DNA of 64,000 nt from Candidatus Bathyarchaeota archaeon (GTDB taxonomy: Archaea > Thermoproteota > Bathyarchaeia > Bathyarchaeales > Bathycorpusculaceae): NCBI GenBank assembly GCA_963739305.1, contig CAVTZU010000018.1, positions 1 to 64,000 on the forward strand. Direction: 5' to 3'. Position numbers and translations under genes: made by a program. The notes beneath the pieces are model-generated. The model searched no databases, had not been told where the DNA came from, and saw only the letters and a list, made by a program, of their open reading frames with translations. Below are positions 38,636 to 49,285 of the stretch, one piece after another. Positions within the stretch are counted from its first letter, which is position 1; each line of letters opens with the position of its first letter.

Positions 38636-40003
38636 TTGCCTATTCTGCCAATAGACACGGGCCGATACGTGACTCCTGAGATGAAGAAGATCTTTGAGGA
38701 AGAATGTCGTGTTCAAAGAATGCTCGACGTTGAAGCCGCTTTGGCATGGGCTCATGCTGAGGTTGGTGACATTCCACGAAAAGACGCTGAAAAGATCAGT
38801 GCCATGGCTTCTTTGAAGTATGTCAAGTTGAGCAGGATCAAGGAGATTGAACGTGAGATCAAGCACGACGTTGCATCTCTAGTCAGAGCTCTTTCAGAAG
38901 TCTGCGGGCCAAGTGGAAAGTATGTTCATCTCGGAGCGACAAGCTACGATATCGTTGATACCGCAAATGCTCTTCAACTGAAAGATGCTTTGGAGCTGAT
39001 CGAAAGGAAGCTGGACCAGTTTGAAGGAATCCTGATTGTGAAGGCAAAGAGATACAAGAAGACTGTGATGGCTGGAAGAACACACGGTCAACATGCACTG
39101 CCCTTAACATTAGGGTTCAAGTTTGCAGTGTGGATGCGTGAAGTTTCAAGGCACTTGGAGCGTCTCAGCCAGTGCAAGCAGCGCGTTTTGGTTGGAAAGA
39201 TGAGCGGCGCGGTAGGCACGCAAGCAGGTCTGGGAGAGCACGCGATGAGAATTCAGGAACTCGTGATGCAGAGGCTCGGAATCAATTCGGCTGACATTTC
39301 TACTCAGATCGTGCAGCGAGATCGCTACGCCGAACTCGTTTGCGTAATGGCGTTGATAGCGTCTTCTCTCGAGAATTTTGCCACTGAGATTCGAGAGTTA
39401 CAGAGACCGGAAATCGGTGAGTTATTTGAGTACTTTGAAGCAGGGGCACAAGTTGGTAGCTCAACCATGCCTCAGAAACACAACCCCGAGTTGTGTGAAA
39501 GAGTCTGCGGTCTGGCTCGAATCGTGAGGAGCCTCGTCTTCCCAGCGCTCGAGGACATTACAACTTGGCATGAACGCGATCTGACCCAGTCATCGACCGA
39601 ACGTTTTGTCCTCCCTGAAACGTGCATCTTAACCGACTACCTGTTGTTCTTGATGAACAATATAGTGAGCACTTTGCGCGTTGACGAGAAACGTATGATT
39701 TTAAACGTTGAGTTGACTCAGGGGCGCCTTATGTCTGAAGCAGTGATGATGGCTTTGACAAAGAAAGGTGTGAATCGGCAAGTGGCGCATGAGCTTCTGA
39801 GAAAGCTGACTATCAGAAGCGAAACCAAACACCAGCCCTTCATACAAACGCTTCTTGACAGCAAAACTGTAGCTGGAAAGTTGACGAAGAAAGAAGTCGA
39901 CGAGGCTCTCAATCCCTATAACTACTTGGGAACTGCCGTGAAACAAGTTGAATTAATGGCAGAGAAAACTGAAAAAGAACGCGCGGCAAGAGGACAGAAA
40001 TGA
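38636..40003 (+). CDS. purB: adenylosuccinate lyase
   Basis: HLGATSYD, GRTHGQHA, SSTMPQKHNP, WHERDL. Confidence 0.95.
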   Translation: MPILPIDTGRYVTPEMKKIFEEECRVQRMLDVEAALAWAHAEVGDIPRKDAEKISAMASLKYVKLSRIKEIEREIKHDVASLVRALSEVCGPSGKYVHLGATSYDIVDTANALQLKDALELIERKLDQFEGILIVKAKRYKKTVMAGRTHGQHALPLTLGFKFAVWMREVSRHLERLSQCKQRVLVGKMSGAVGTQAGLGEHAMRIQELVMQRLGINSADISTQIVQRDRYAELVCVMALIASSLENFATEIRELQRPEIGELFEYFEAGAQVGSSTMPQKHNPELCERVCGLARIVRSLVFPALEDITTWHERDLTQSSTERFVLPETCILTDYLLFLMNNIVSTLRVDEKRMILNVELTQGRLMSEAVMMALTKKGVNRQVAHELLRKLTIRSETKHQPFIQTLLDSKTVAGKLTKKEVDEALNPYNYLGTAVKQVELMAEKTEKERAARGQK

Positions 40004-40092
40004 TCTTATTCCTGAACGATCCTACGGCCCTGAGCCCTCGTCCCGCGGATGGGAGCGACTTGAAGCCGGAACGTTTTCGAAGGCTAATATGG

Positions 40093-42324
40093 TTAGTATT
40101 CGGTCAACGCTTTTTGTTTCCATTCGTCTTGTTTTTCAAGTTTTTCCCATGTGTCCTTCTTCACAAACCCGCCGACTTGTTCTTTTATTTTTTTCGCCAG
40201 TTTTGGTCCGACGAGGGGTAGAGAGGTTAGGTCTTCAAGTCGAGCGTTTTTGAGGTCGTGGATCGTTTTGTATCCTGAGTTGAAGATGATGCGCCCGCGG
40301 ACTCTGCCGACTCCTTCGAGTTTGACGAGTGGCAGTAGTTCTTTCTTGACTCCTTTCTCAACTCTCTGTTGGGCTTCAAGGGTAAGAGGAATGACCTGTC
40401 TATTGCTGAATAGCTGTGCGAGTTCGTGCGTGGCATGGAGTAGCCACTTTGCATTTTCGAGCGTTCGATAGAGATCTCCCGGTTGGACTCTGAACCTCTC
40501 CATCAACCAGTCTTCGCTCATCTCCTCTATCCAGGCTTTGAGCGTCATGACAGTTTTTACTTCGCCTAGGAACTCTTGATAACCTACGCTGTCCTCCCAC
40601 TCTTCAGGAGGCGCAATAAGGAGTTCTTGCCTGTGCTCTTCCACGAAAAGTGCAACTTGGTCTATTTCGTTTGAGTACGGTCGCAGAACCGGGCCCATGT
40701 CAGGTGTGTGGGATATCATGTGCAGCAGGCTGACGTCGGTTAGAAGTTCGGGCTTGGTCCTCAGTGCGTCGCGAATTGTGACTGCTGAGACTGGGTCAAT
40801 GTAAAGTTCGCTGACGCGTTTTCCGAATTTTGTTGCGTTGATGTTTTCGCCGAACACTTCGATCATTTCTTCATCATACAAGTACTTGAGGATCTTTGCA
40901 ACTATGCTCTTGATCGCGTCTACGTCGTATTGATAGGCGTAGAATGTCTTTCCGAAGAATTCGTGGATTCCATTTTCAGTGTGGGCGAAGTCTGCTGCTA
41001 TGGTTGCGAGAACATGGGATCTCATTATGCGTTCAACTGCGAGGCGGCTCCATATGCGTTCTGGGCGGGCTAAAATGTAGCTCTGGACTAAGTAGTCTGC
41101 TTCGTCGCTGGTCTTGGCTATGAGTACGGCTTCGCCTGTTTTGTCGTACTTTGGTCTTCCCGCTCTGCCCGCCATCTGTTTGTACTCGAGTACGGTTATC
41201 GGGTAGAAGCCGAGGCCTGCTTCGTAGCGTCTATAGTCTTGGATGACTACGGTTCTTGCTGGGAGATTGACGCCGAAGGCTAGGGTAGGTGTGGCGGTTA
41301 ACACTTTGATTTTTCCTTCCCTGAATGACTGTTCAATTATTCTGCGGTGTCCACCGGCCAAACCGGCGTGGTGGAAGGCTGTTCCACACCTCACGAGTTC
41401 TGCGAGTGATTCGCCAAGTCTTGTTCTTTCGCCTGTGGCAAGAATGCGGTTGGCTTCGTGTTCAAGAGAACGTTTTGCGGGTTTGGACATGACTTTTGGG
41501 ATTTCGTCCGCGACTTTTCTTGCTAATGTGACGGCGTTTTTTCGTGTTGAAGCGAACATCAAGGCTTGCCCGCCTGTTTTGACGGTGTTGAGGGCCAAGT
41601 TTATGGCGCCGTCTCTTGCTTTCTTCTCTATTTTGCGTGCGTCTCCGTCTTTGTATTGTATCTCGTCGTTAAGGAGGACTCCTTCTTTCAACGGGACGGG
41701 ACGCCACTCCGTTGTGACGCATTGTGCCTTCAGCCATGCAGCGATTTCGTCAACGTTGTTTATCGTGGCGCTGAGGGCGAGGATCTGTACGTCAGGGTTG
41801 ATCTGCATTAGTCTTGCCAGCACGACTTCCAGTGTGGGTCCGCGTTCGGCATCATTCAGGAGGTGGACTTCGTCGGCTACGACAAGCGAGATTTCGTCCA
41901 TCCACTTCGCTCTGTGTCTGAGGAGTGAATCTGCCTTTTCATTCGTGGTTATTATGATGTCGTACCTTTCCAGCCAGGCGTCCGTGCTGTCAAAATCGCC
42001 TGTGCTGATGCCTACGCGGATTTTTCTTCCGTCTCTTTTTGTAAGCGTCGTGTACTTTCCGAATTCGTCGAATTTTTCGTTCGCCAGCGCTCTCAACGGA
42101 GTAAGGTAGACTGTTTTTCCGTTTTTTTCTAGGATGTGTTTGAGGGCGCAGAACTCGGCTACCAGTGTTTTTCCTGAAGCTGTCGGGCTTGCTAACACGA
42201 GGTTTTTGCCTTCAAGAGCTCCCGCTTTGATGGCTTCCTCTTGAGGAGGATAGAGTTCGCTTATGCCGGACTCGATGACAAGTTGTTTGACTGCGTCAGG
42301 AATCTTTAGCTCGACTACTTTCAC
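40093..42324 (-). CDS. hel308: Ski2-like DNA helicase Hel308
   Basis: PTASGKT, DEVH, LSAT, FHHAGL, QMAGRAGRP, C-terminal HhH. Confidence 0.95.
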   Translation of the reverse strand: MKVVELKIPDAVKQLVIESGISELYPPQEEAIKAGALEGKNLVLASPTASGKTLVAEFCALKHILEKNGKTVYLTPLRALANEKFDEFGKYTTLTKRDGRKIRVGISTGDFDSTDAWLERYDIIITTNEKADSLLRHRAKWMDEISLVVADEVHLLNDAERGPTLEVVLARLMQINPDVQILALSATINNVDEIAAWLKAQCVTTEWRPVPLKEGVLLNDEIQYKDGDARKIEKKARDGAINLALNTVKTGGQALMFASTRKNAVTLARKVADEIPKVMSKPAKRSLEHEANRILATGERTRLGESLAELVRCGTAFHHAGLAGGHRRIIEQSFREGKIKVLTATPTLAFGVNLPARTVVIQDYRRYEAGLGFYPITVLEYKQMAGRAGRPKYDKTGEAVLIAKTSDEADYLVQSYILARPERIWSRLAVERIMRSHVLATIAADFAHTENGIHEFFGKTFYAYQYDVDAIKSIVAKILKYLYDEEMIEVFGENINATKFGKRVSELYIDPVSAVTIRDALRTKPELLTDVSLLHMISHTPDMGPVLRPYSNEIDQVALFVEEHRQELLIAPPEEWEDSVGYQEFLGEVKTVMTLKAWIEEMSEDWLMERFRVQPGDLYRTLENAKWLLHATHELAQLFSNRQVIPLTLEAQQRVEKGVKKELLPLVKLEGVGRVRGRIIFNSGYKTIHDLKNARLEDLTSLPLVGPKLAKKIKEQVGGFVKKDTWEKLEKQDEWKQKALTEY

Positions 42325-42474
42325 TTTTATGCGCCTGTTGATGAGCTGTCATACGGTTGGGTTAAGATTGCTTATAGTGTTGCAGGTGCAGGATTTTACT
42401 CTTCTGGGTTACGTTTTTGTACAAGTAAGCAGTGAAATAGTTAAAATGTGAATGACGCGGGAGTGTTGCTTTGC

Positions 42475-43698
42475 ATGGTTGAAAATGTCAGAGAGCTTCT
42501 AAAAGCGCACAGCGGGCTGAAGCGTGAAGTTTACTTCGACATCGAGAACTCGAGTCCTGTTCCAGACGAGGTTGTTGAAGCAATGTTGCCCTACTACAAC
42601 AAGGTTGCCTATGGGAATCCGACTCTAACGCACAAGCCGGGATGGGAGGCTTTCGAGACGCTTATGGAGTCTTCGCAGAAGCTCGCTTCTTATTTGGGCT
42701 GTCGGAATGCTGAAGAAGTGAATTTTACGCCGGGAGAGACTGAAGCCAATAACTTGGCAATTTTGGGGATCGCACGTTCTTTGAGGGAGAAGGCTCGGAG
42801 GATCGTGATTTCAGAGGTTGAGCCGATAAATGTGCTGCAGGTCGTTGAGATGCTGCAGAAAGAGGGGTTCAGCGTAACGAAGGTGCCCGTTGATCGCGAA
42901 GGTTTCATAAATCTCGAGAAGTTGAGGGAAGCCGTGGATCATGAGACTGCAATCGTGAGCTTGTCGGCCGTGAATCATGAGATTGGGACTATTCAGCCGC
43001 TGAAGGAAGCCGTGGAGATCGTCTCAGACAGGAACGTGGAGACAGTTTTTCACACGGATGCTTCTGACGCGTTCGGCAAGGTTCCTTTTGACGTTCAGAC
43101 TTTGAACGTGGATCTGGCAACCATCAGCAGCTATAAGGTTTTAGGGCCAAGAGGCGCAGGCTGTTTGTACGTGAAGGGCGGTGTCGATTTGGAGAGGATT
43201 TTGGAAGGTCAAATTGGAACGCAGAAGCTGTGGCCTGGCGTGGAAAACACGCCCGCGATCGTTGGTTTCACGAAGGCTTCAGAGTTGATTTTTCAGGATT
43301 TTGAGACTAATGTTGCTAGAATCAAACGGTTGCGGGACAAGTTGGTTGATGGAATAATGAGCATTATTCCTGAAGTTGAGCTTAACGGTCCAAGAGGTGA
43401 AAGAAGAGCTCCTGACAACGCAAACATAAGCTTCTTGAGGTGCGAGGGAGAAGCCCTCACGATCGAGTTGAGTCTGAGCGGGGTTTATGTTTCAAGCGGA
43501 AGCGCCTGCTCCAGGAGGCTACTTCAGCCCAGCCACGTTCTCATCGCCATCGGAAGGAAGTTTGATCAAGCCCACGGTAGCATTTTGATGAAGGTTTCCC
43601 GTGTTCACAGTGAAGAAGACATAAATTACGCTTTGGAGGTTATTCCCAAAGCGGTTGATCGCATCAGAAGGATTAGTGGTTCTACAGGAGTGTCATGA
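42475..43698 (+). CDS. iscS: cysteine desulfurase (IscS/NifS, class I)
   Basis: YGNP, NHEIGTIQP, SSYKVLGPRG PLP lysine, SSGSAC. Confidence 0.88.
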   Translation: MVENVRELLKAHSGLKREVYFDIENSSPVPDEVVEAMLPYYNKVAYGNPTLTHKPGWEAFETLMESSQKLASYLGCRNAEEVNFTPGETEANNLAILGIARSLREKARRIVISEVEPINVLQVVEMLQKEGFSVTKVPVDREGFINLEKLREAVDHETAIVSLSAVNHEIGTIQPLKEAVEIVSDRNVETVFHTDASDAFGKVPFDVQTLNVDLATISSYKVLGPRGAGCLYVKGGVDLERILEGQIGTQKLWPGVENTPAIVGFTKASELIFQDFETNVARIKRLRDKLVDGIMSIIPEVELNGPRGERRAPDNANISFLRCEGEALTIELSLSGVYVSSGSACSRRLLQPSHVLIAIGRKFDQAHGSILMKVSRVHSEEDINYALEVIPKAVDRIRRISGSTGVS

Positions 43699-44201
43699 AA
43701 TTGTCGCGTGCGCCTTTGCCGTATAATCCGAAGATTCTGGAGTTGTTTAGGAACCCGAAGAACCTTGGCAAGATGGAGGACGCCAGCGTTTCTGCCGTGG
43801 CTGGAAACCCGATGTGTGGTGACATGATAACGTTCTATCTCAAGATCAGCGACTACGGTGTAGTGGAGAAGGCGTCGTTTGAAAGCTATGGGTGTGCTGC
43901 AAACATCGCCACGTCGAGCATCGTCACTGAGATGATTAAGGGTATGAAGCTTGAGGATGCTTGGAACGTATCTTACAAGAGTGTGGCTGAAGCCGTTGGC
44001 GGTCTGCCGAGCGTGAAGTTTCACTGCGGCATCTTGGCGGTCGGTGCGCTCAAGAGAGCTATCAGGAAGTATTTCGAAATCAAAGGAGCGACCCCGACTT
44101 GGTTGCAGAAGGAGCCGAGCTTTGAAGAGAAGCAAGCTTTGGAAGAGGAACAGTTAGCGAAGATGCTGGATAAACGGATGAAGCTTGCGGAAGGAAAATG
44201 A
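43695..44201 (+). CDS. iscU: Fe-S scaffold IscU/NifU
   Basis: NPKNLG, GNPMCGD, YGCAAN, KFHC. Confidence 0.93.
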   Translation: MKLSRAPLPYNPKILELFRNPKNLGKMEDASVSAVAGNPMCGDMITFYLKISDYGVVEKASFESYGCAANIATSSIVTEMIKGMKLEDAWNVSYKSVAEAVGGLPSVKFHCGILAVGALKRAIRKYFEIKGATPTWLQKEPSFEEKQALEEEQLAKMLDKRMKLAEGK

Positions 44202-45440
44202 TGTTCGATCCAGATGAGGTTCGAAAGGATTTTCCTATTCTTAAGCGAAAGATCAACGGTTGTCCGCTCATCTATTTTGACAACGCAGCGACGACGCAGA
44301 AGCCGACGCAAGTAATCAACGCCATCAAGGATTTCTATGAGAATCACAACGCCAACGTTCACCGGGCGGTGTACACGCTTTCACAGGAGGCATCAGAACT
44401 TTATGAGGAGGCCCATGAAGAGGTTGCCAAGTTTATCAACGCGAAAGGTATGGATGAGACGATTTTCGTTAGAGGCACAACCGAGGCAATAAACCTCGTC
44501 GCGTACTCGTGGGGACTTCACAACCTGAAGAAGGGTGATGAGGTCGTTGTTTCTCTAATGGAACATCACAGCAATATTGTCCCTTGGGAACTGATCTCTA
44601 GGATGCGCGGGTTCAAGATCAGATATGCCGAAGTGGATAAGGACGGGCGACTCAACTACGGGTCTTTGGAAGAACTTGTTACTAGGAAGACGAAGATGGT
44701 CTGTCTTTCGCATGTTTCAAATGTCACCGGTGTAATCAATGACGTGAAGAAAGTTGCCAAGCTTGCACATGAGCACGGAGCCTTGATGCTTGTGGACGGG
44801 GCGCAGTCGGTTCCTCATATGCCCGTGGACGTTAAGGATCTCGACGTGGATTTTCTGGCTTTTTCAGGTCATAAGATGTTAGGGCCGACTGGCATCGGCG
44901 TGTTATACGGCAAGAGTAACGTTCTCAATAGGATGGAGCCGTTCCACGGAGGAGGCGCGATGATCAAGGAAGTCTCGTTCAGCAATAAGACCAAGCGATG
45001 CTCCATCACTTGGAACGTGTTGCCTTGGAAGTTTGAGGCTGGAACGCCGAATGTTGATGGGGCGGTCGGTTTGAGGCGAAGCTGTGAAGTATCTTAAGCG
45101 GCTTGGTATGGAGAACGTGAAGAGACATGAAGAAAGGCTGACGAGTTACACTCTGCCGCGCTTGAAGGAGTGTTCAGAAAAAGTTGAGGTCTACGGTCCG
45201 ATGGATCCATCTGTGAAGTGCGGTATGATTCCCTTCAATGTAACAGGTCTGAGTTCACATGACGTTGCCCTGTTTCTTGATAGTTACGGGATTATGGTGA
45301 GGAGCGGGTTCCATTGTGCGCAGCCGTTGCATGAAATTCTCGACTTGAACTCTTCGGCCAGAGTGAGCTTCTACGTGTACAACACGATGAAGGAGGTTGA
45401 CAGGTTCGTAGAAGTGGTCAAGGAGATCGGACAGTTCTGA
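44198..45440 (+). CDS. sufS: cysteine desulfurase SufS (class II), frameshift near 45080
   Basis: YFDNAATTQKP, EHHSN, FSGHKMLGPTG, FEAGTP; second frame carries RSGFHCAQP. Confidence 0.9.
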
Positions 45441-45709
45441 TGGCAACGGTTGATGATTACATTGCGAGAATAGAAGGAACCTGCGGCAAGGAAAAGGATG
45501 TTATAGTCACTTTCAAGTATGAAAAACGAGACGAAGCCGTCAAGAGAATCATGGAAAGAGCAAGGTTGAAAAAGTCTCTCGCAGGGATAATATTCGAGCT
45601 GGAATTCAAGAAGTATTCTTTTAGGCTTTATTCAAGCGGAAAGGTTATTCTTCGGGGTTTGGAGAACAAAGAAGAACTAACCGGGCTTTTGTCCGAGCTT
45701 CTCCTTTGA
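45440..45709 (+). CDS. small hypothetical protein
   Basis: Translationally coupled to sufS; GTCG...FRLYSSGKVILRG resembles MoeB/ThiF C-terminal tails. Confidence 0.7.
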   Translation: MATVDDYIARIEGTCGKEKDVIVTFKYEKRDEAVKRIMERARLKKSLAGIIFELEFKKYSFRLYSSGKVILRGLENKEELTGLLSELLL

Positions 45710-45752
45710 AGATAATCTTGCTCAGAAGATGTGTACAGTTTGTCTGACCTGT

Positions 45753-47263
45753 CTACTTGTGCCTAAATTCCTGAATTATGTCCTTGGGAAGTCTTCTTGT
45801 TTCTTTGTCGATAAGCCACAGAAGCCCTAGGTATATTAGACCTCCAAGCGCGGTTTCAGCGAGTATCACGGAGATTCTTGATCGAGTGCGGAATAATGTA
45901 GAGCACTATTCCCATGGCAGCTGCCGAGAAAAGGTATTTTCCTATGTTTCTCCAAGGAATTCGAACCATTACGGCTTTGCGGACAACGATGAACAAGATG
46001 AGAAACATGGCTGTTCGAACGACTGCGTTGATTATGCTGACGTACAGTGCAGCTTGATACGGCTGATTGTTGGCGAGATTTGTTAGTACATAGTATGCTG
46101 TCGGGAGTCGTGAACGCTGAATGGAGATATGGCAATGAGAACGCTATGAACATCTTGCTTTTGACTAGTTTGCGCAGAGATAGTTTCGCTTCGTCGTCAA
46201 CGGTTTCGAACCCGTAAGGATTGACAGATAGAATCCTGATATTACACTTACGAATGCGTCGACTGCTAGTACCATCAGCACGGGACCTGTGCCTGCGAAC
46301 TCGGGTCTCAGGAGAACTATGAAGGAGTCTGCCAGGACGATGGCGCCGATGGTCATAGGTATGGCGAACATTAGCACCATTTTCATGCAGCTTGTGGCGT
46401 CTTCGCAGTTTTTGTCAGCCATGAGCTTTGGGTAAAGCGCATAGGACAGGAACGATGAGTAGGTGATCACGTTCACGACTACTGCACCGGCGCCAAGTGT
46501 TCCTCGCGGCTCCTTCGCCGCCGAATGCAAATAGCATTATGAATATGACTGCCGCCAGTTGGTTGCCTACGACGTTGTAGATGTTTCCCAGTGATCCTTT
46601 GAGCCACTCGCGTATGTACGCAAAACTTGATCCGCTTGTTCAGTTCCGCGGCGACCAATACTGGCCATCGAGTATAGGTCTCGAAATTGCGAAACCTTCC
46701 ATGGTCGCGACGGAGTAGAGAAATTGGACGAGAAATTGCTGGAATACCTTCAGACGAGTCATGTAGGCGACTGTGCATTGCATTTTCTCTGCCTTACTGC
46801 ACGAGCAATAACCGTGCCAATCGCTGTAGGTTACCCTTAACGCAATCAAGGTTCAAGCAACGCCGTGTGGTCGCAAGTACGTTACAGCCATTATCTGACT
46901 CGGATGAGCAGGTATCGTTGAAGTTAGCGCCTGCGAAAAGATGTGAAGGTCGAAATCCCGTGGAAAAGTAGTATGGAAATCCCGGTTGCTGCTCTTAGAT
47001 GGCGAGGTTTTTCACCAACGTTCCTGTTCTGGTGGATCGTACTTTGTCTCGTGTGACGTATCGCCATAGCAGAATGAAAGTACAACTTGACAAGGACAGT
47101 AGCTGCTCACATCACGAATGTCTGAACCACACGATCGTACTCAACTCGCTGAGCGCTCGGCTATTATGAACTGAAAGATCAGGCCAGTTAAACGCTGGTT
47201 AGCTTTGCTGCAAAACTGATAAAGCCAGAATGTTCCACGGATATCTTTCGCTGAAACTGCCAT
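45753..47263 (-). pseudogene. polysaccharide flippase/MOP-like membrane protein, multiply frameshifted
   Basis: Fragments MAVSAKDIR..., VITYSSFLSYALYPKL, MVLMFAIPMTIG..., IAFSLPY spread across frames. Confidence 0.65.
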
Positions 47264-47384
47264 GTTTTTTACGCGCATATTTGCCGTGATGCTATCTAAG
47301 GTTGCTTCGTTGCTGAACTCATACATAACGCACGGCGAGGTCAAATTGACGACCTTCGAACAAAAGATATGTCAAACGTGGACG

Positions 47385-48857
47385 TCAGCGAGCGAGAAGC
47401 CTGATTCTCATTCTAGTTCTGCTGATCCAGTTGTAGACCGGAAAAAGAGGTTTCTTAATCGCTTGCGGAAGCACATCCTTCAGTTCTCTGTGAAGACCCA
47501 GTCTGATCGCCATCTCTCCTTTCGTTGTGAGAGGAATGTAGTACCGGGTCAATTCGAACTTCTCGAAGCCATTGCTTTGTTTGAATTTGTCCAGAGACGG
47601 ATGATTGCCCATTCTGCCGTACATGACCCAATCCATATGCATATTTGCACTTACTTCAATCGCTTTCGCAACCAGACTGTTGTTCACTGCTTTGTCCCGG
47701 TGCCGTTGCATCGAAAGAATCTGCGAAATAATGATTATCTTGTCACCTTGAACAAGCTGTACGAATCCGACCAGCTCGTTGTCTAGGTATGCTCCAACGT
47801 AGATGCAGTTCTTCGAGGACCTCATTTCTCTGTCAATATTCTGCAAAGAGACTCCGTAATGAGGGAACGCTCTTTCTTGTCGTATGGGCGTTTCATTGTA
47901 CATCCTCCAGATTCCTTCGGCGAGTTTCTCGTTGGGTTCAGCAACTTGTGCCCTGATCCCGCTTTTCTCTGCTTTACGAATCATGTTGCGCGTCTTCTTG
48001 TCAATGCTCTTCCACCATTCATCGAAGCTAAGCAATTTCAATAAGGCTATGTTGTCTTTCGCTTTTGACCACGTTCTGGCGGGGTTTGTTACGCTGAAGC
48101 ACCATTTTCTCTCGAGGAACGTGAAAACGTCGAAGCCTCTTTCCTCGAGTTTTTGAATGAGTTGTGCACTGGGTACTACGTTCTTTTCATATTCTCTAAT
48201 GTCTCTGCCAACGTTCATGAAAGCCTTTCTTTGCAGCCTGACAGATTCAATGTCAGCGTCCACTTCCAGAATCTGCTTGAAGACCTGATAGAAAGATCCT
48301 CTGTGGTTTAATGTTCCTTTTTGGAAAAGCCAGATAGGGTGGAAGTACATGACGTATCCTTCTCTTAGACGTTCTTCAGTAACTCGAAGAGTTTCTTGAG
48401 CTGAATGCGAATAAGCCAGACTGTCTATTCCGATCGTAGGGAACTGATGGAACGATTGCAGCGGGAAATCTTTCCGAATCTTCGGGGCCTTTGATTTCCA
48501 GCGTCTCCACATTACTCTGGCGAGAACGCGTGCTGTTCCGTGAATTGTGTAATAACTTGTTTTTCTCCCGGTCGCCTTTTCAAGTAACTGCATTTCTTTT
48601 TCTGGGTCGTTAACAACGTGAAGAGCGATCTCGTGTTTTTCATTGTCTATCATCCGCAGTAATTGATCGTCAGGAATCGTCTTCGGCGTAAAGAACCAAT
48701 ATGCCTTCAGGTCTCTCTTTGATTCGTTTATCATTCTCGCAACTATTTTGGAATTCTTGAGATAGTCCCCACCAATTTGGAGTCCCAAGAACGTGTAAAA
48801 GAAGCTTCTTATTCTTGATGGATAAGGATAGTCAACGTCTATTCTGAGTCTTATCAA
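47385..48857 (-). CDS. polysaccharide deacetylase-like + FemAB/GNAT-like fusion
   Basis: LRIDVD...HEIALH...YFHP N-domain; KKTRNMIRKAEKSGI...SLDKFKQSNGF C-domain. Confidence 0.7.
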   Translation of the reverse strand: MIRLRIDVDYPYPSRIRSFFYTFLGLQIGGDYLKNSKIVARMINESKRDLKAYWFFTPKTIPDDQLLRMIDNEKHEIALHVVNDPEKEMQLLEKATGRKTSYYTIHGTARVLARVMWRRWKSKAPKIRKDFPLQSFHQFPTIGIDSLAYSHSAQETLRVTEERLREGYVMYFHPIWLFQKGTLNHRGSFYQVFKQILEVDADIESVRLQRKAFMNVGRDIREYEKNVVPSAQLIQKLEERGFDVFTFLERKWCFSVTNPARTWSKAKDNIALLKLLSFDEWWKSIDKKTRNMIRKAEKSGIRAQVAEPNEKLAEGIWRMYNETPIRQERAFPHYGVSLQNIDREMRSSKNCIYVGAYLDNELVGFVQLVQGDKIIIISQILSMQRHRDKAVNNSLVAKAIEVSANMHMDWVMYGRMGNHPSLDKFKQSNGFEKFELTRYYIPLTTKGEMAIRLGLHRELKDVLPQAIKKPLFPVYNWISRTRMRIRLLAR

Positions 48858-49285
48858 AGTTGATACCGTTTATGTTAAGCTTTTGTGACTATTCTTTCCT
48901 AGTCTCTTTATAGGTTTCCTTTTCCACAAGGACTGCTGTGCTGTCCGCGAGGGTTCATCTTATCGCTAGCGAGTCGCACGTTGCGAAAATCTCTTGAACC
49001 TATGAATAACAGCGGTTAGATATGTTGATCGAGTATTGTGCATCATTCTGCTTGAATCATCTGTGAAAGGGAGTAAGTCCAGTTTGTTGCGTCAAAAGAA
49101 GAAGGAATTAATGAGAGCTGCACAATAAATGATGTCACAATTGTGGTGATGATGGAAGACATTGGTGGAGAGCCCAAAGAAACATTCATTATCCACTTTA
49201 TTATACGATTGCAGCATGCTATTGAGGGTTCAATAATGAGGGAGTTGGAATGACGAAGATTGCGTTAGTAACTGGGATGACATGA

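Noticed and set aside
41243-42109. 288-aa plus-strand ORF
   Set aside because: Antisense shadow of hel308; similar shadows (5764-6330, 58751-59311, 17250-17723) were also ignored.
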